A DNA stretch of 63,691 bases, filler included, from an uncultured bacterium (GTDB taxonomy: Bacteria; CAYJRR01): NCBI GenBank assembly GCA_964372275.1. It is 3 parts of 3 records of this genome, joined end to end, with 100 filler letters (N's around TTAATTAATTAA, not from the genome) between each part and the next. Parts side by side here need not be neighbours in the genome. Positions count along the whole stretch, not along the records: positions 1 to 22,522 come from CAYJRR010000077.1; 2 more parts are not named here. One strand, given 5' to 3'. The notes under the pieces are model-generated. The model was given only the letters and a program-made list of their open reading frames with translations, was not told the origin of the DNA and searched no databases. The position numbers and the translations under genes were made by a program. Positions within the stretch are counted from its first letter, which is position 1. Each line of letters opens with the position of its first letter. Shown here one piece after another: positions 1 to 10,917 of this stretch.

Positions 1-732
1 GCCGGTGAAGGCACCGCGCTCGTGCCCGAACAGCTCGCTCTCGATCAGCGTGTCGGGGATCGCCGCGCAGTTCACCTTCACGAAGGCCCGCGACGCACGC
101 GGCGAGCCCGAATGCAGCGCCGCCGCGATCAGGTCCTTCCCGGTTCCACTCTCGCCTTCGATCATCACCGCCGCCGACGACGGAGCCGCCTGCTGCACCA
201 CGTCCATCACAGCGCGGAAGGCGTCGCTCCGCCCGACCAGCCCTGCCCCGTCGCCGTTTCCGAGCTCCGCCAGGCGGGCGCGAAGGCGGCGGTTCTCGTC
301 CGCCAACTCGAAGCGGTCGACGGCGTTCTTCAACGTCTTTACCACCTGGTGCCGCTTGAACGGCTTGGTGACGAAGTCGTAGGCGCCGATCTTCATCGCC
401 TCGACCGCCGTCTCCACCGTGCCGTAGGCGGTCATCACCACCACCTCGGTCGACGGAGAGACCTCTTTCGTCGCCTGGAGGAGACGCACCCCGTCCATCC
501 CCGGCATCTTCAGGTCGGTGAGGACCACCGCCGGCCGCTCGCGCCGCACCAGGTCGAGCCCCTCTTCGCCGGAGCCCGCCTGCAGCACGCGGTAGCCCTC
601 CTTGCCCAGGATCCTCTCGAGGCTGCCGCGGTTCCCCTCGTCGTCGTCGACGACCAGGAGAACCGCTCCAGGAGGGGAAGCGGGGGCCCGATCGGCCGGC
701 GCGTTCGAGGGGGGGAGGATGTCGTTCGTCAT
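1..732 (-). CDS. Sigma-54-dependent response regulator (REC + AAA+), 3' truncated by window edge
   Basis: Manual translation MTNDILPP...[12 protein letters not shown]...[11 protein letters not shown]...[25 protein letters not shown]...[11 protein letters not shown]...NCAAIP...[14 protein letters not shown]; absent from ORF track because it has no stop in the window. Confidence 0.95.
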   Translation of the reverse strand, partial: MTNDILPPSNAPADRAPASPPGAVLLVVDDDEGNRGSLERILGKEGYRVLQAGSGEEGLDLVRRERPAVVLTDLKMPGMDGVRLLQATKEVSPSTEVVVMTAYGTVETAVEAMKIGAYDFVTKPFKRHQVVKTLKNAVDRFELADENRRLRARLAELGNGDGAGLVGRSDAFRAVMDVVQQAAPSSAAVMIEGESGTGKDLIAAALHSGSPRASRAFVKVNCAAIPDTLIESELFGHERGAFTG

Positions 733-745
733 GCGTCGGGCCGTC

Positions 746-2611
746 TCATGCCGCCGGGAGCCGGATGGTGAAGGTCGTTCCGCGTCCCGGTTCGCTGGCG
801 CACGCGATCGTCCCGCCGTGTTCGACGATGATCTGTTGCGTCAGCGGCAGGCCGAGCCCGGTGCCGGAGGCCTTGGTCGAATAGAACGGGTCGAAGATCC
901 GCGCAAGGTCCTTCGGCTGGATCCCCGGGCCGTCGTCGGAGAGCGTGACCTCGACCCCGGTCTCGGCCGGGCGGGTCGCGATCCGGAGCAATCCGCCGCC
1001 CCCCTTCTCGCGCAACGCGTCGAGCGCGTTCCGAACGATGTTGAGCAACGCCTGGCGCAGCTGGTTCTCGTCGGCGAGGACCGACGGAACGCCGTCGATC
1101 AGTTCGGTCCGGATCGAGACGCCGGACGACTCCGCCTCCTCGCGGACGAACTGCACCAGCTCCTGCACGACGGCGTTCACCTGCTCCGGCTCGAGCTTGG
1201 GGCGGGGGAGACGCGCGAAGGTGAGGTAGCCCTCGGTGATCTCCGTCAGACGCTCGATCTCGCGGGCGATGGCGCGGAGCAGGCCCTTCGCCCCTTCCTC
1301 CCTCCCGTCGATCTCCTCCTCCAGCAGCTCGACGTTCAAGGAGAGCGAGTTGAGCGGATTGCGCACCTCGTGGGTGATCTGGCTCGACATCCGCCCGATC
1401 GCCGCCAGCCGCTCGGCCGCGAGCAGCTGTCGTTCGACCCGAACGCGCTCGGAGACGTCTTCGGCGACGACCACCACGCCGTTGGCCCGGCCGTCCTCCA
1501 TGAACGGGACCGCGGAGACCTCGACCGACCTTCCGCTGGCGAGCGCCGTCGCGCCGATGCGCACGGCCGGTCCGCCCGCGCGGACCTGCTCGATCCTCTC
1601 GGCGAACGCGGCGGCGTCGCCGAAGGCGCCGATGGGCCGCCCGACGAGCTCTCCCCGGGTGATCCCCCAGATCTCCTCGGCGGCGCGGTTCATCCCGGTC
1701 ACCAGACCCGATCCGTCGGCGACCAGGATCCCGACGCGCACCGATTCGAGCACGTTCTCGTTGTAGGCCGACAGGCGGCTGACCCGTTCGTCCCGGGATC
1801 GCAGCGAGGCCGCCATCTGATTGAATTCGTTCGCCAGGATCCCGATCTCGTCCCCGGTGGCGACCGTGACGCGCTGGCCGAACTCCCCCGCCGAGATCCG
1901 CTTCACGAAGGCGGTCAGATCGCCGATCGGCTGGAGCGCCCGTCCGACGATCGCGATCGCCACCAGGCCGAAGGCGGTGGCGATCGCGGTGAGCAGGCCC
2001 AGCGCCACCAGCGAGCTCTGCGCGCGGTCCTCCGCCGACGACGCGTCGGCGCCGAGCCCCTCTTCGATCGCCCGCGCGGCGACGCCCAGCACCTCCTGCG
2101 TCCGGCGGTCGGCGGCGATGAAGCCGGCGCGGCGCGCCTCGACGACCGACGCGTCGTCGCCGTCGAGCGCGCGCAGCAGCTCTTCGAGCTGCGCCTGGGC
2201 GTCGATCGCCGGCTGCGACACCTGCCCCAGCGCTCCGACCGCGAGGCGGATCCGCTCCTGCGACGCCGGATCGCTCGCCCGCGGGATCGCCGCCGTGGCG
2301 CGCCGCTGCGCCTCGGCCAACTCACCCGAGAAGTAGTGACGCCGGACACGGACGCTCGCCGCGAGGCTCCTTCGCGTGCGGGGGTTCTGCCGGATCAGCT
2401 CGTCGGGATCGACCTCCGGATAGCGGTAGCGGAGCGCGGTGACGCTCTCGGAGAGTGGGATCCAGACCTCGCGGACGCGCCCGAGCTCGGCGCCGATCCC
2501 CCGCACCTTCACCAGGCCGTATCCGAGCGCGGAGGCGTTCGCCACCAGCGCCACCAGGAATGCGGCGAGGATCCGAACCCGAAGTGTCGGTCGCCAACGC
2601 CCCGGTGGCAT
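746..2611 (-). CDS. Membrane sensor histidine kinase (TM-HAMP-PAS-HisKA-HATPase)
   Basis: [18 protein letters not shown]-box [12 protein letters not shown]-box NIVRNA, G-boxes DDGPGI / GTGLGL; directly upstream of the response regulator. Confidence 0.95.
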   Translation of the reverse strand: MPPGRWRPTLRVRILAAFLVALVANASALGYGLVKVRGIGAELGRVREVWIPLSESVTALRYRYPEVDPDELIRQNPRTRRSLAASVRVRRHYFSGELAEAQRRATAAIPRASDPASQERIRLAVGALGQVSQPAIDAQAQLEELLRALDGDDASVVEARRAGFIAADRRTQEVLGVAARAIEEGLGADASSAEDRAQSSLVALGLLTAIATAFGLVAIAIVGRALQPIGDLTAFVKRISAGEFGQRVTVATGDEIGILANEFNQMAASLRSRDERVSRLSAYNENVLESVRVGILVADGSGLVTGMNRAAEEIWGITRGELVGRPIGAFGDAAAFAERIEQVRAGGPAVRIGATALASGRSVEVSAVPFMEDGRANGVVVVAEDVSERVRVERQLLAAERLAAIGRMSSQITHEVRNPLNSLSLNVELLEEEIDGREEGAKGLLRAIAREIERLTEITEGYLTFARLPRPKLEPEQVNAVVQELVQFVREEAESSGVSIRTELIDGVPSVLADENQLRQALLNIVRNALDALREKGGGGLLRIATRPAETGVEVTLSDDGPGIQPKDLARIFDPFYSTKASGTGLGLPLTQQIIVEHGGTIACASEPGRGTTFTIRLPAA

Positions 2612-2690
2612 CGCGGCGAAACGTAGCAGAAAACGACCCCGGTCCGCGCCGGTTTGGAGATCGGCCGCGCGCGGGGCTATCCTGCCGGTC

Positions 2691-2942
2691 GTGAAGAACT
2701 TTCTGGAGACCCGCCGCGGTGCCCGGATGCTGCTGATCGTCGAGCTGGGTCCGAACCGCGCCCCGGTCCACTTCTACCAGGGTTCGGTCACGGCGATCGG
2801 CGACGGATTCGTCGTGCTCAAGGACGATCAGATGGGGGAGCTGGCGATCGCCACCGACAAGGTGGTCGCGGCGAAGGTCCTGGCCGAGGCCCCGCCGGGC
2901 CCCGACACCTCCGGAACGGTGCTGGAGGGCTTCGAGCGCTGA
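2691..2942 (+). CDS. Small hypothetical protein (83 aa), possible Sm/LSm-like beta fold
   Basis: GTG 2691; VHFYQGSVTAIGDGFVVLKDDQMGELAIATDKVVAAKV; coding-like codon use; first gene of a coupled operon. Confidence 0.65.
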   Translation: MKNFLETRRGARMLLIVELGPNRAPVHFYQGSVTAIGDGFVVLKDDQMGELAIATDKVVAAKVLAEAPPGPDTSGTVLEGFER

Positions 2943-4960
2943 TCGCCTCGCTCGCCCTGGCCGCCTGGATCTCCCTCGCGGAGGCCGCCGCCGAAGCGCC
3001 CCGGCTCTCTCCCGACCTCGACGTCGCGCGGGCGTTCGCGGAGGACGGCGACCACCGGGCCGCGCGCGCGATTGCCGAGGAGGTACTCCGCCGGAGTCCG
3101 TGCGATCCGACGGCGCACGGAATCGTCTCCACGGCGGCACGCGAGGAGGAGCGGTCCTGGGACGAGCCCGGCCCCGGCGTCTCGGCGTCGCGGCACGACC
3201 TGCTCGCCTATGCGTCGACCTTCGCCGACGCCAACCAGGCCGAGCTCCTCCGGCTCGCGTGGTGGAGCGCCGACTTCCTGCGCCGGGTCGGGAACCAGGC
3301 ACCGGACGACGCGCTGGTGGCGGAACGGGCGCTGCTCCTCGCGGCCTTCGACCGGTTCGTCCCGCTCGACGCCGAAGAGGCCGTCCGGTCGGCGATGCTC
3401 CGCATCACGACGTTCCGTACCGACGAATCGGCGAGCCCCGCGGAGACGGCGCCGATCGCCGCGTCGCTTTCGACGTCCCGCGATCCGACGGTGCTGTCCG
3501 TCGCCGCCCACGCGCTGCTGATCGCCGACTACGACGTCGAACGGCGCGACGCCGTCGACGCGCTGGTCCTGTCCGATCCCCGATCGCCGCGCTACGGCGG
3601 CTTTCTCGTGTTGGAGGCTCTCCTGCGGTACCCGGAGGAGGCGGTGCGCGCCGCCGTGTCGGAACTGGCGATCGCCGGTCTGCCCGACGACCGCTGGAAC
3701 GACGATCTCGCCCTGGCGCGCGCGACGGTCCACCCCACGGCGCGCCTTCCGGACGAACTTCGCGCCGACCTGGAGCGATCGCTGCTCTCCGACCGGAGGC
3801 GAAACACCACCGAGCACCTGACGAGGCGGTTGGCGAGGGACGACGAGGCGCGGGGGCGCGCGGGCGACGCGCTCGCCCGATACGACCGGTTCGCCGACCG
3901 GTACGGACCGGAGGCGGCCGACTTCGGGCCTGCGCGCGCGCTGCTGCTCGAGGCCCGTGGGCGCGCCGACCTCGCGCTCGACGCGCTGGTCGAGTCGTTG
4001 CGCCGCCACGGAGGGGACCCGCGCCGCTACGAACAGGCCGGACGACTGGCCCACCGACTCGGCGCCGACCGTGAGGCCGCGACCTTCTACAAGTTCTTCC
4101 TGGCGAGGATCGACGCACGGGCGAGGGGCGAGTGGCCGTTCGGACCGGAGCTCGACCTCCAGCAGCGTCTCTCCGCGCACGCGACCGTCTGGAGCGCGTT
4201 CGCCGCCATGCGTCCGTCGTTCTTCGCCCGCTCGGCGTTGCGGCACGTGCTGGAGCTGCTCGGCGATCCGGCGGCGGCGCTGCTGGCGCTCGCCCGAGTC
4301 GGCCGCGCGCGCCGGTACCTCCTCCCGTCCCTTCTCGCGGCGGAAATCGCCTTTTTCGGCGGCCTCCTCGCGATCCGGTCGATCGGACCCGCCACGCTGC
4401 TGTCGACCGCCTGGCTGTTCGCGTCGACGGCGCAAACGTTCGTGTTGGTCGCCGCCGGCCTCTACCTTTCCGGCGCGGCCGGATTCCCGCGCCGGCGTCC
4501 TCGCCCGGCTCGGCTGGCGGCCCTTTCGGTCGCCGTGGCGGCGGTCGTCGGGGCGTACCTCGGAACCGACGCCGGCCCGGTCTTCCTTCCCGACGGCCTC
4601 CCGTTCTACGTGCGGACCGCCGAACTGGGGATCGGTCCCCGCTCCTGGATCGAGGCGCCCGGCGTCCTCGCCGCCGTGCTGCGCGACGAGGCCTGTGCAC
4701 GGCTGGTCTGGCCGGCGCTGGTGGCGATGGCGCTGGCGCCGGTGCAGGCCGGCACCCGGTCCACGACTCGGACGGCCGCGGTGATCGCGGTGGCGTCTCT
4801 CCTTTCCTCCGTCGGTGGCCTCGTATCCTTCCCGCTCGCCTTCGCCGGATCGGTCGGACTCCACCTGCTCCGTTTCCGGGCCGGCGTCGCCGCGAGCTTC
4901 GCGGCCCACGCGGCGTTCTCGATCGGAACGGTGGCGGGCTCCCTCGGGGTGTCGCCGTGA
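2939..4960 (+). CDS. Exported TPR-like protein with C-terminal multi-TM domain (degenerate CPBP/Abi-like)
   Basis: Signal-like LIASLALAAWISLAEAAA, helical TPR-like repeats, hydrophobic C-terminal third; probable CTG start overlapping the upstream TGA, with GGAGGG at 2924-2929. Confidence 0.7.
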   Translation: MIASLALAAWISLAEAAAEAPRLSPDLDVARAFAEDGDHRAARAIAEEVLRRSPCDPTAHGIVSTAAREEERSWDEPGPGVSASRHDLLAYASTFADANQAELLRLAWWSADFLRRVGNQAPDDALVAERALLLAAFDRFVPLDAEEAVRSAMLRITTFRTDESASPAETAPIAASLSTSRDPTVLSVAAHALLIADYDVERRDAVDALVLSDPRSPRYGGFLVLEALLRYPEEAVRAAVSELAIAGLPDDRWNDDLALARATVHPTARLPDELRADLERSLLSDRRRNTTEHLTRRLARDDEARGRAGDALARYDRFADRYGPEAADFGPARALLLEARGRADLALDALVESLRRHGGDPRRYEQAGRLAHRLGADREAATFYKFFLARIDARARGEWPFGPELDLQQRLSAHATVWSAFAAMRPSFFARSALRHVLELLGDPAAALLALARVGRARRYLLPSLLAAEIAFFGGLLAIRSIGPATLLSTAWLFASTAQTFVLVAAGLYLSGAAGFPRRRPRPARLAALSVAVAAVVGAYLGTDAGPVFLPDGLPFYVRTAELGIGPRSWIEAPGVLAAVLRDEACARLVWPALVAMALAPVQAGTRSTTRTAAVIAVASLLSSVGGLVSFPLAFAGSVGLHLLRFRAGVAASFAAHAAFSIGTVAGSLGVSP

Positions 4961-5751
4961 TCGAGGCGCGGGGACTCGGCCGTCGTTTCGGCCGCGTCGT
5001 TGCCGTCGACCGTCTCGACCTGGTCGTCCCGCGGGGCACCTGGTTCCTGTTCGTCGGTCACAACGGGGCGGGCAAGACGACGACGATCCGGATGCTCGCC
5101 GGCCTGCTCGCCCCCACCAGCGGCCGCGTTCTCCTGGACGGCGTCGATCCGGCGTCCGATCCGATCGGCTGCCGCCGCGCGATCGGCTACCTCCCGGAGC
5201 GATTCGAGCCGTACGACCACCTGACGCCCGTGGAGTACCTCGACTTCGTCGCCGACGTGCACCGGTTGGATCGCCCCCTCGCGGACGCGCGGATCGACGC
5301 GCTGCTGCGGCTGTTCGAGCTCGATGCGCACCGTTCGAAGCTGCTGCGCGGGTATTCGCAGGGGATGCGGAAGAAGGTGGGGCTCGCCGCGGCGCTGTTG
5401 CACGATCCGAAAATCCTCTTTCTCGACGAGCCGACCGCGACCCTCGACCCGCCGACCTCCCACCTCATCCGCCGCGTCCTCCGGCGGTTCTGCGCCGAGG
5501 GGAAGACGGTCTTCATGTCGACGCACATCCTGGGGCTCGCCGAGCGCGAGTGCGACCGCATCGGCGTGCTCCACGGCGGGCGTATCTCGCTCCTCGCGAC
5601 GCCCGAAGAGTTGGCGGCCCGCTACCCCGGCCGCTCCCTCGAGGAGGTCGTCCTCCAGCTGACCGGGGGCGACCGGGACGACCGGATCGAGCAGTTCTTC
5701 CGCGAATTCCCCCGAACGACGCCGGGCCGAGAGACGGAGACCGGCGGTTGA
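4957..5751 (+). CDS. ABC transporter ATP-binding protein
   Basis: Walker A GHNGAGKTT, signature YSQGMRKK, Walker B LFLDEP, H-loop STH; GTGA overlap with upstream gene. Confidence 0.95.
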   Translation: MIEARGLGRRFGRVVAVDRLDLVVPRGTWFLFVGHNGAGKTTTIRMLAGLLAPTSGRVLLDGVDPASDPIGCRRAIGYLPERFEPYDHLTPVEYLDFVADVHRLDRPLADARIDALLRLFELDAHRSKLLRGYSQGMRKKVGLAAALLHDPKILFLDEPTATLDPPTSHLIRRVLRRFCAEGKTVFMSTHILGLAERECDRIGVLHGGRISLLATPEELAARYPGRSLEEVVLQLTGGDRDDRIEQFFREFPRTTPGRETETGG

Positions 5752-7370
5752 TCCGCATCCCGCTTCGCTATGCGCGGCTTCGGGGACGGATCGCCTGGAA
5801 CGCGGTGCTCCGGTCGGGACTCCCGCGCTCGCTGGCGGGCGGTGGAGCGCTCCTGGCGATCGCCTCCTCGGTGCAGTTCGGCAGCCTGCTCGGCGCCGGA
5901 CTCGCGCGCTCGCGTGCCCAGGACCCGGCGCGATTCGCCTCCGAGCTTTCGATCCTGGTGGTGATGGTGCAGCTCGTCTTCGGCTTCGTGGCGATCGGAT
6001 CGATCTCGATCCGACTGTTCGATCCCCGCCGCGATCCCACCGCCGACCTCCTCGTCGCCCTGCCGATCTCCCGGCTCGACCGGTTCCTCATCCGACTCGG
6101 AGACGTCTCCGCCGTCCCGGCGTTTATCGTGGCGGGCGTGATCCTGCCGGCCCTCCTCGCCTCGGGGCTCCCTCCGGCGGCCGCCGCGCTCGCCGGCCTG
6201 CTCTCGTTCGCCGTCTGCCTCCAGCCCGTGCCGGCCTTGCTCGCGCTCTACTCCCTCGCCCTCCGCGTCGTTCCCCCCCGCTGGCTCCGAAACCGCTGGC
6301 TCGCGATGGCGGCGCTGACCGCGCTTTTCGCACCCGGCGTCCCGGTCCTGGCGTCGATCCTCCGCGCGTGGCACGCCGGCCGGATTGCGCCGGACTGGCT
6401 TCCGGGGGCATGGTTTGCCCACGCCGTCGGCTCGGCGGTGGAAGGCCGCCTCGCCGGTGCCGCCCTCCCGTCCCTCGCGACGGTCCTGCTGCTGGTCGCC
6501 TGGATCGCCGCCGCCTACGTCGCGTTCGACCCGGCGGCGATCGAGCGTTTCGACGGCGCGCTCGCCGGCCTCGACGAGGGGGGCCGACGGCCGCAGCGCG
6601 GATCGACGCGCCGCGCCGCCGCGCCGGTCGGTTCCGCCCTGACGAGGATCGAGCTACTCGGACTGCGCCGCGAACCCGCCTTGCAGATCACCTTCGCGGC
6701 GCTGTTCGCGTCGGGGGCGGCCGTTCTGCTCTTCGCCGAGCGGTCGCTCCTCCTGATGGCGGGCGGGGCCGTCGGCTTCCTCTCCGTCTACCTCGCCGCC
6801 TGCCTCGGCCTGGCCTCGTTCTCCGCCGAAGGGCGTGACCTGCCCGTCCTCCACCCCCTGCCGGTCACGGCCAGCGAGGTGCTGCGCGCCAAGTTCCGGG
6901 TGAACGCCTGGCTCCTCGCCGCCGCCGGCGCGATTGCCGGTGGTGCCATCGCGGTGAGCGCGTCCCCCGCCACTTCGGCACCGTGGCGGGTTCTCCCGGC
7001 GGCGGCCGCCGGCGCCGCTGCCGTCGTCCCCTTGAGCGCGCTCGTCACCGCCATGGCGGCGATCTTCCCCCGGCGCCTCGAAGCCGCCGGGCGGCGCGAG
7101 GTCAGCGTCCCCGCGATCGGCTTCTTCTCTGCGCTGGCCGGGCTCGCGCTCCTCTCGGCATTCGTCGCCGCCGCCGGTCCGGCGATCCTGGGGCCGTTCT
7201 ATCTATGGATCCCAGCGCTGCTACTCCTCGCCTGGACGACCGTCGCGCGCTCGCTCGTCCGTACGGCGACGCGGAACTTCTACCGACCCCGCGAAAGGCG
7301 CGCCGCCTCGGAGACCGCGGGGAGCGCGAGCGGATCGCGGTCGAACTCGAACCGGAGCCAACCGCGGTAG
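5748..7370 (+). CDS. ABC transporter permease (multi-TM)
   Basis: TTGA overlap with the ATPase; about 540 aa with many hydrophobic segments. Confidence 0.8.
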   Translation: MIRIPLRYARLRGRIAWNAVLRSGLPRSLAGGGALLAIASSVQFGSLLGAGLARSRAQDPARFASELSILVVMVQLVFGFVAIGSISIRLFDPRRDPTADLLVALPISRLDRFLIRLGDVSAVPAFIVAGVILPALLASGLPPAAAALAGLLSFAVCLQPVPALLALYSLALRVVPPRWLRNRWLAMAALTALFAPGVPVLASILRAWHAGRIAPDWLPGAWFAHAVGSAVEGRLAGAALPSLATVLLLVAWIAAAYVAFDPAAIERFDGALAGLDEGGRRPQRGSTRRAAAPVGSALTRIELLGLRREPALQITFAALFASGAAVLLFAERSLLLMAGGAVGFLSVYLAACLGLASFSAEGRDLPVLHPLPVTASEVLRAKFRVNAWLLAAAGAIAGGAIAVSASPATSAPWRVLPAAAAGAAAVVPLSALVTAMAAIFPRRLEAAGRREVSVPAIGFFSALAGLALLSAFVAAAGPAILGPFYLWIPALLLLAWTTVARSLVRTATRNFYRPRERRAASETAGSASGSRSNSNRSQPR

Positions 7371-8347
7371 TGCTCCCGCCACCACTGCCGTAACGGTACC
7401 GGCGCCCGCCGCTCCAGGAGCGGACGGTAGAGCTCGTCGCCAATCGCGATCCCGGTCCGCCAATCGCGGCATTCGAAGCGGTGGCCGTCCCAGCGCACGT
7501 AGGTTGTCAAATCGCGGGTCCAGGTGCCGGTGTTGACGTAGGTCTTTTCGCCGACGCGCACCACCCCCGGCTGGTGGGTATGCCCGCAGACGAGCGTCTG
7601 GTACTGCAGTTCCGGAAGCCTCCGTGAGACCTCCCGGAAGATCCCCTGCATGTCCCCCTGCTCGCAGCGGTTCCAGAAGTCGACGAACCGCCGCCACTCG
7701 CGCGCCGGACGCGTGAACCCCATCCGCCGCAAGAGGGAGGACCAGAGTTCCGCGGCGAGGAGCAGGTGGTATCCGACCCAATGCGCGGCGCGGTTGGCGC
7801 GGTTGTCGTAGGTGGCCAGCGGCGCCCGCAGCTGCGAGCCGACCAGCCGCTCCAACCCCACGTGCATCTCGGAGAGGAACCGTCCCCAGGCGTTCGCCTC
7901 TTCGTCCTTGAAGTAGCGGTCGTACTCGTGGCCGTGGAGGACCAGCACGTCGGGGGGCAACACCAGCCGCTCGACGACGGTGAAGTTGAGGAGGTCTTCA
8001 AAGACGACGATGTCCTCGTCGTGGTTGCCGTGGACGTAGAGGACCTCCTTGGCATCCGCGAGCTCCTTCAATCGGCGCAGGACCCGCTTGTGCGCGGTCA
8101 GCACCTTCTCGAAACCGCGCGCCACGTAGAAGTCGATCGCGTCCCCGAGGATCACCAGCTTGTCGCCGACCTCCGCCACGTGGTCGAGGAATTCGATGAA
8201 GGCCTCGTCCTTCCCGCGGAAGAGATCGGACGGACCGCCGTCCGCCAGGTGCAGGTCGCTGACGAAGAAGATGCGCTCGGAGCGCGAGAGCCGGCGCGTC
8301 AAGCCGACCTTGATCTCCGCCGCCCACTGTCTCCACTGCGTGGTCAT
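7280..8347 (-). CDS. Metallophosphoesterase, LpxH/UDP-2,3-diacylglucosamine hydrolase-like
   Basis: Calcineurin-like motifs SDLHL, LGDAID, GNHD, LHGH, GHTH, NTGTW. Confidence 0.85.
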   Translation of the reverse strand: MTTQWRQWAAEIKVGLTRRLSRSERIFFVSDLHLADGGPSDLFRGKDEAFIEFLDHVAEVGDKLVILGDAIDFYVARGFEKVLTAHKRVLRRLKELADAKEVLYVHGNHDEDIVVFEDLLNFTVVERLVLPPDVLVLHGHEYDRYFKDEEANAWGRFLSEMHVGLERLVGSQLRAPLATYDNRANRAAHWVGYHLLLAAELWSSLLRRMGFTRPAREWRRFVDFWNRCEQGDMQGIFREVSRRLPELQYQTLVCGHTHQPGVVRVGEKTYVNTGTWTRDLTTYVRWDGHRFECRDWRTGIAIGDELYRPLLERRAPVPLRQWWREHYRGWLRFEFDRDPLALPAVSEAARLSRGR

Positions 8348-9279
8348 CGGGACCACCAACGTAGCCGTTTCAGGAAATCACGGTAGTCCTTCTCGACGCG
8401 GAGCCGGGACCGGCGCATCCGGAAATCGAGGATCCGGGTGACGGTGAAGCGAAGCGCGGACGCGCGCAACCAGTGGGAGAGCGCCCCGGCGTCGGTCCGG
8501 GCCGGCCCGGCCCCCCGCCGGTAGCCGTCGAGAAAGGCGTCGACGCGGCTCGGACGGAAGCGATCCGGATCGCGGGGCAACCAGCACAGGGCGTTGACCC
8601 CGGTCGCCACGTCGAACGTGAGGTCGTCGACGGCCGCCGCCTCGAAGTCGAGCACGCCGACGATCCCGCCCCGCTCGAAGAGGAGGTTGTCGGCGAACCA
8701 ATCGCCGTGGACCACCCCTCGGGGTCCGACCGGTGGAATCTCGCGCGCCAGGAGCGCCAGCGCGGCGTCGATCTCGGCGCGATCGCTCCGCGGAATGCGC
8801 GCGACGCCGCGGATCCGCGCCCACCGCGCGCGCGTGGCGATCACGCCGAACCGGTTGGGCAGCGGCTCCGGGTAGCCGCGCGAGACCCGATGCAGCCGCG
8901 CGAGCATCGCTCCCGCGGCGCGGAGGTCGGGGAGACGGTACCGATGCGCCTCCTTGTCGGTTCCCCGGAGGAACGGGAAGACGGCCGCCGGGCGGCGGCG
9001 AAGCGTCACGACGCGCGCCCCGCGCACATCCGCCAGCGGGCGAGGCGTGGGGAAGCCGCGTACGGCGAGGAAGTCGACCAGTCGCGTCTCGGCCGAGACA
9101 TCGCGCCGTGCGCGCGTTTCATCGAGCCGGAGGAAGTAGGTCCCCCGGCCGGTGACCAACCGGTAGTTGGTGTTCACCGAGCCCTTGGCGATCCCCTCGA
9201 GCGCACGGACCTCGCCCAGCGCGAACCGCTTCGCGATCCGCGCCGCGTCCCCGCCCGTCAGTGGCGTGTAGACGGCCAT
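8344..9279 (-). CDS. thrB: Homoserine kinase type II (APH-like)
   Basis: MAVYT N-terminus, GIAKGSVNTNY, HGDWFADN, LDFE, C-terminal LRFTVTR...KDYRDF. Confidence 0.85.
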   Translation of the reverse strand: MAVYTPLTGGDAARIAKRFALGEVRALEGIAKGSVNTNYRLVTGRGTYFLRLDETRARRDVSAETRLVDFLAVRGFPTPRPLADVRGARVVTLRRRPAAVFPFLRGTDKEAHRYRLPDLRAAGAMLARLHRVSRGYPEPLPNRFGVIATRARWARIRGVARIPRSDRAEIDAALALLAREIPPVGPRGVVHGDWFADNLLFERGGIVGVLDFEAAAVDDLTFDVATGVNALCWLPRDPDRFRPSRVDAFLDGYRRGAGPARTDAGALSHWLRASALRFTVTRILDFRMRRSRLRVEKDYRDFLKRLRWWSR

Positions 9280-9280
9280 C

Positions 9281-10915
9281 TCACTTCGCGCGCGGACGGA
9301 CCGCCGCGAAGAGCGTCCAGAGCAGGAGCGGCACGGCGCCGAGGAGAAGCGTCACGCCGCTGACGGGATAGTCACCGACCAGCAGCGCCCCCGCGAGGGC
9401 GAAGCCACCGGAACCGATGCCGAGCGCCGTACGCGCCGCCGCGCGCTCGCGCGCCCGGCCGGCGCGTCGGGCGTCCGCTTCCTCGACGCGGATCACGAGC
9501 CGTCCCTGCTCCAGGTCCCCCAGCAGGCGGTCGAGCCGCCGCGGCAACGCGCGGAGCAGTCCGTGGGACGACTGGATCAGGTCGGCCATGTCGCCGGAGA
9601 GCCGCTCGGGGCTGTAGCGTTCGAGGAGAAGCCGCTTCACGAACGGCCGTGCCTCCTCCAGGACGTCGAGCTCCGGATAGACCTCCTTCGCGACCCCCTC
9701 CATCGTCACCACCGCCTTGAACATCAACGTCAAGTCCGTCGGGAGCGCCATCTTGTGCCGGTCGGAGATGCGGAGCAGCGCGGTGAAGATCCGGCCCAGT
9801 CGCACATCGCGGATCGACTTGCCGCGCAGTTCGTCCTCGTAGAGCTCGAGGACCCCCTTCCGGAAGGCGCTGAAGTCGACCGGTCCCTTCGGGTCGCCGA
9901 ACGCGAAGACCGCCTCCGCGATCCGGTCCGGATCATCGCGCACCAGGGCCGCCAGCAGGGTCACCACCTTGTCTCGGAGATGGCGGTCGAGCCGCCCGGC
10001 GAGCCCCATGTCGAGGATCCCGATCCGGTCGTGGCTCAGCGCCAGGACGTTGCCCGGATGCGGGTCGGCATGGAAGAAGCCGTCTTCGAACACCATCTTG
10101 AAGACCGCCGCCACGGCGCGCGCGGCGATCCGCTCCCGGTCGGCCCCCACCTTCGCGTACTCGTTGAACGGGACCCCTTCGAGGTACTCCATCGTCAACA
10201 CCGTCCGAGCGCAGAGCTCCTCCACGGGCGCCGGCACCAGCACGTGGTCGTCGCCACGGAAGTTCTCCTGGAAGCGGCGGATGTTCGACAGCTCGTGCGT
10301 GAGGTCGAGCTCCTTGATCATCGCCCGGTCGAACTCGCGCACCACGGCGCGCGGCTGCAGCAGCCGCAGATCGGGGATCCGTTCGGCCAAGCCCGCGAGG
10401 AGGTAGAGGATGTCGACGTCGTTCTCCACCACTTCGCGGATCCCGGGCCGAAGGACCTTCACCACCACGGCGCGGCCGTCCTTCAGCGTCGCCCGGTGGA
10501 CCTGCGCCATCGACGCCGCAGCCAGCGGTTTCTCCGAGAACTCCTGGAACAACGCGTCCAGCTCGTCACCCAACGCCGACTCGACGGATGTGCGGATCGC
10601 CTCGAATCGCTCCGGGCGAACGTTGGTCTGGAGCTTGCGCAGCTCCTGGGTCAGGTCTTCGGGCATCAGGTCGGGCCGCGTGGAGAGGATCTGCCCGAGC
10701 TTGACGAACGTCGGCCCGAGTTCCTCCAACGTTTCGCCGATGCGCCGCCAGACGGTCTTTTCCTCCTTGCGCGGCTTGATCATGTTGCGGATCACCGCGC
10801 GCTCCTCGAGATCGAGCTGATCGACCAACTGGTCGAAGCCGTGCGCCGCGAGCACCGACATGATGTCCCGGAACCGCGCGATGTTCCGGACCCGTTTCTG
10901 AAGCGACAGGGCCAT
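9281..10915 (-). CDS. AarF/UbiB/ABC1 family atypical kinase
   Basis: LGPTFVKLGQILSTRPDL, AAASMAQVH, VVKVLRP, FFHADPHPGN, LDMG, two C-terminal TM segments. Confidence 0.93.
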   Translation of the reverse strand: MALSLQKRVRNIARFRDIMSVLAAHGFDQLVDQLDLEERAVIRNMIKPRKEEKTVWRRIGETLEELGPTFVKLGQILSTRPDLMPEDLTQELRKLQTNVRPERFEAIRTSVESALGDELDALFQEFSEKPLAAASMAQVHRATLKDGRAVVVKVLRPGIREVVENDVDILYLLAGLAERIPDLRLLQPRAVVREFDRAMIKELDLTHELSNIRRFQENFRGDDHVLVPAPVEELCARTVLTMEYLEGVPFNEYAKVGADRERIAARAVAAVFKMVFEDGFFHADPHPGNVLALSHDRIGILDMGLAGRLDRHLRDKVVTLLAALVRDDPDRIAEAVFAFGDPKGPVDFSAFRKGVLELYEDELRGKSIRDVRLGRIFTALLRISDRHKMALPTDLTLMFKAVVTMEGVAKEVYPELDVLEEARPFVKRLLLERYSPERLSGDMADLIQSSHGLLRALPRRLDRLLGDLEQGRLVIRVEEADARRAGRARERAAARTALGIGSGGFALAGALLVGDYPVSGVTLLLGAVPLLLWTLFAAVRPRAK

Positions 10916-10917
10916 CG

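Noticed and set aside
7280-7370. 91-bp convergent 3' overlap of the permease and the phosphoesterase
   Set aside because: Both tails are low-complexity; late stop codons are common in GC-rich genomes
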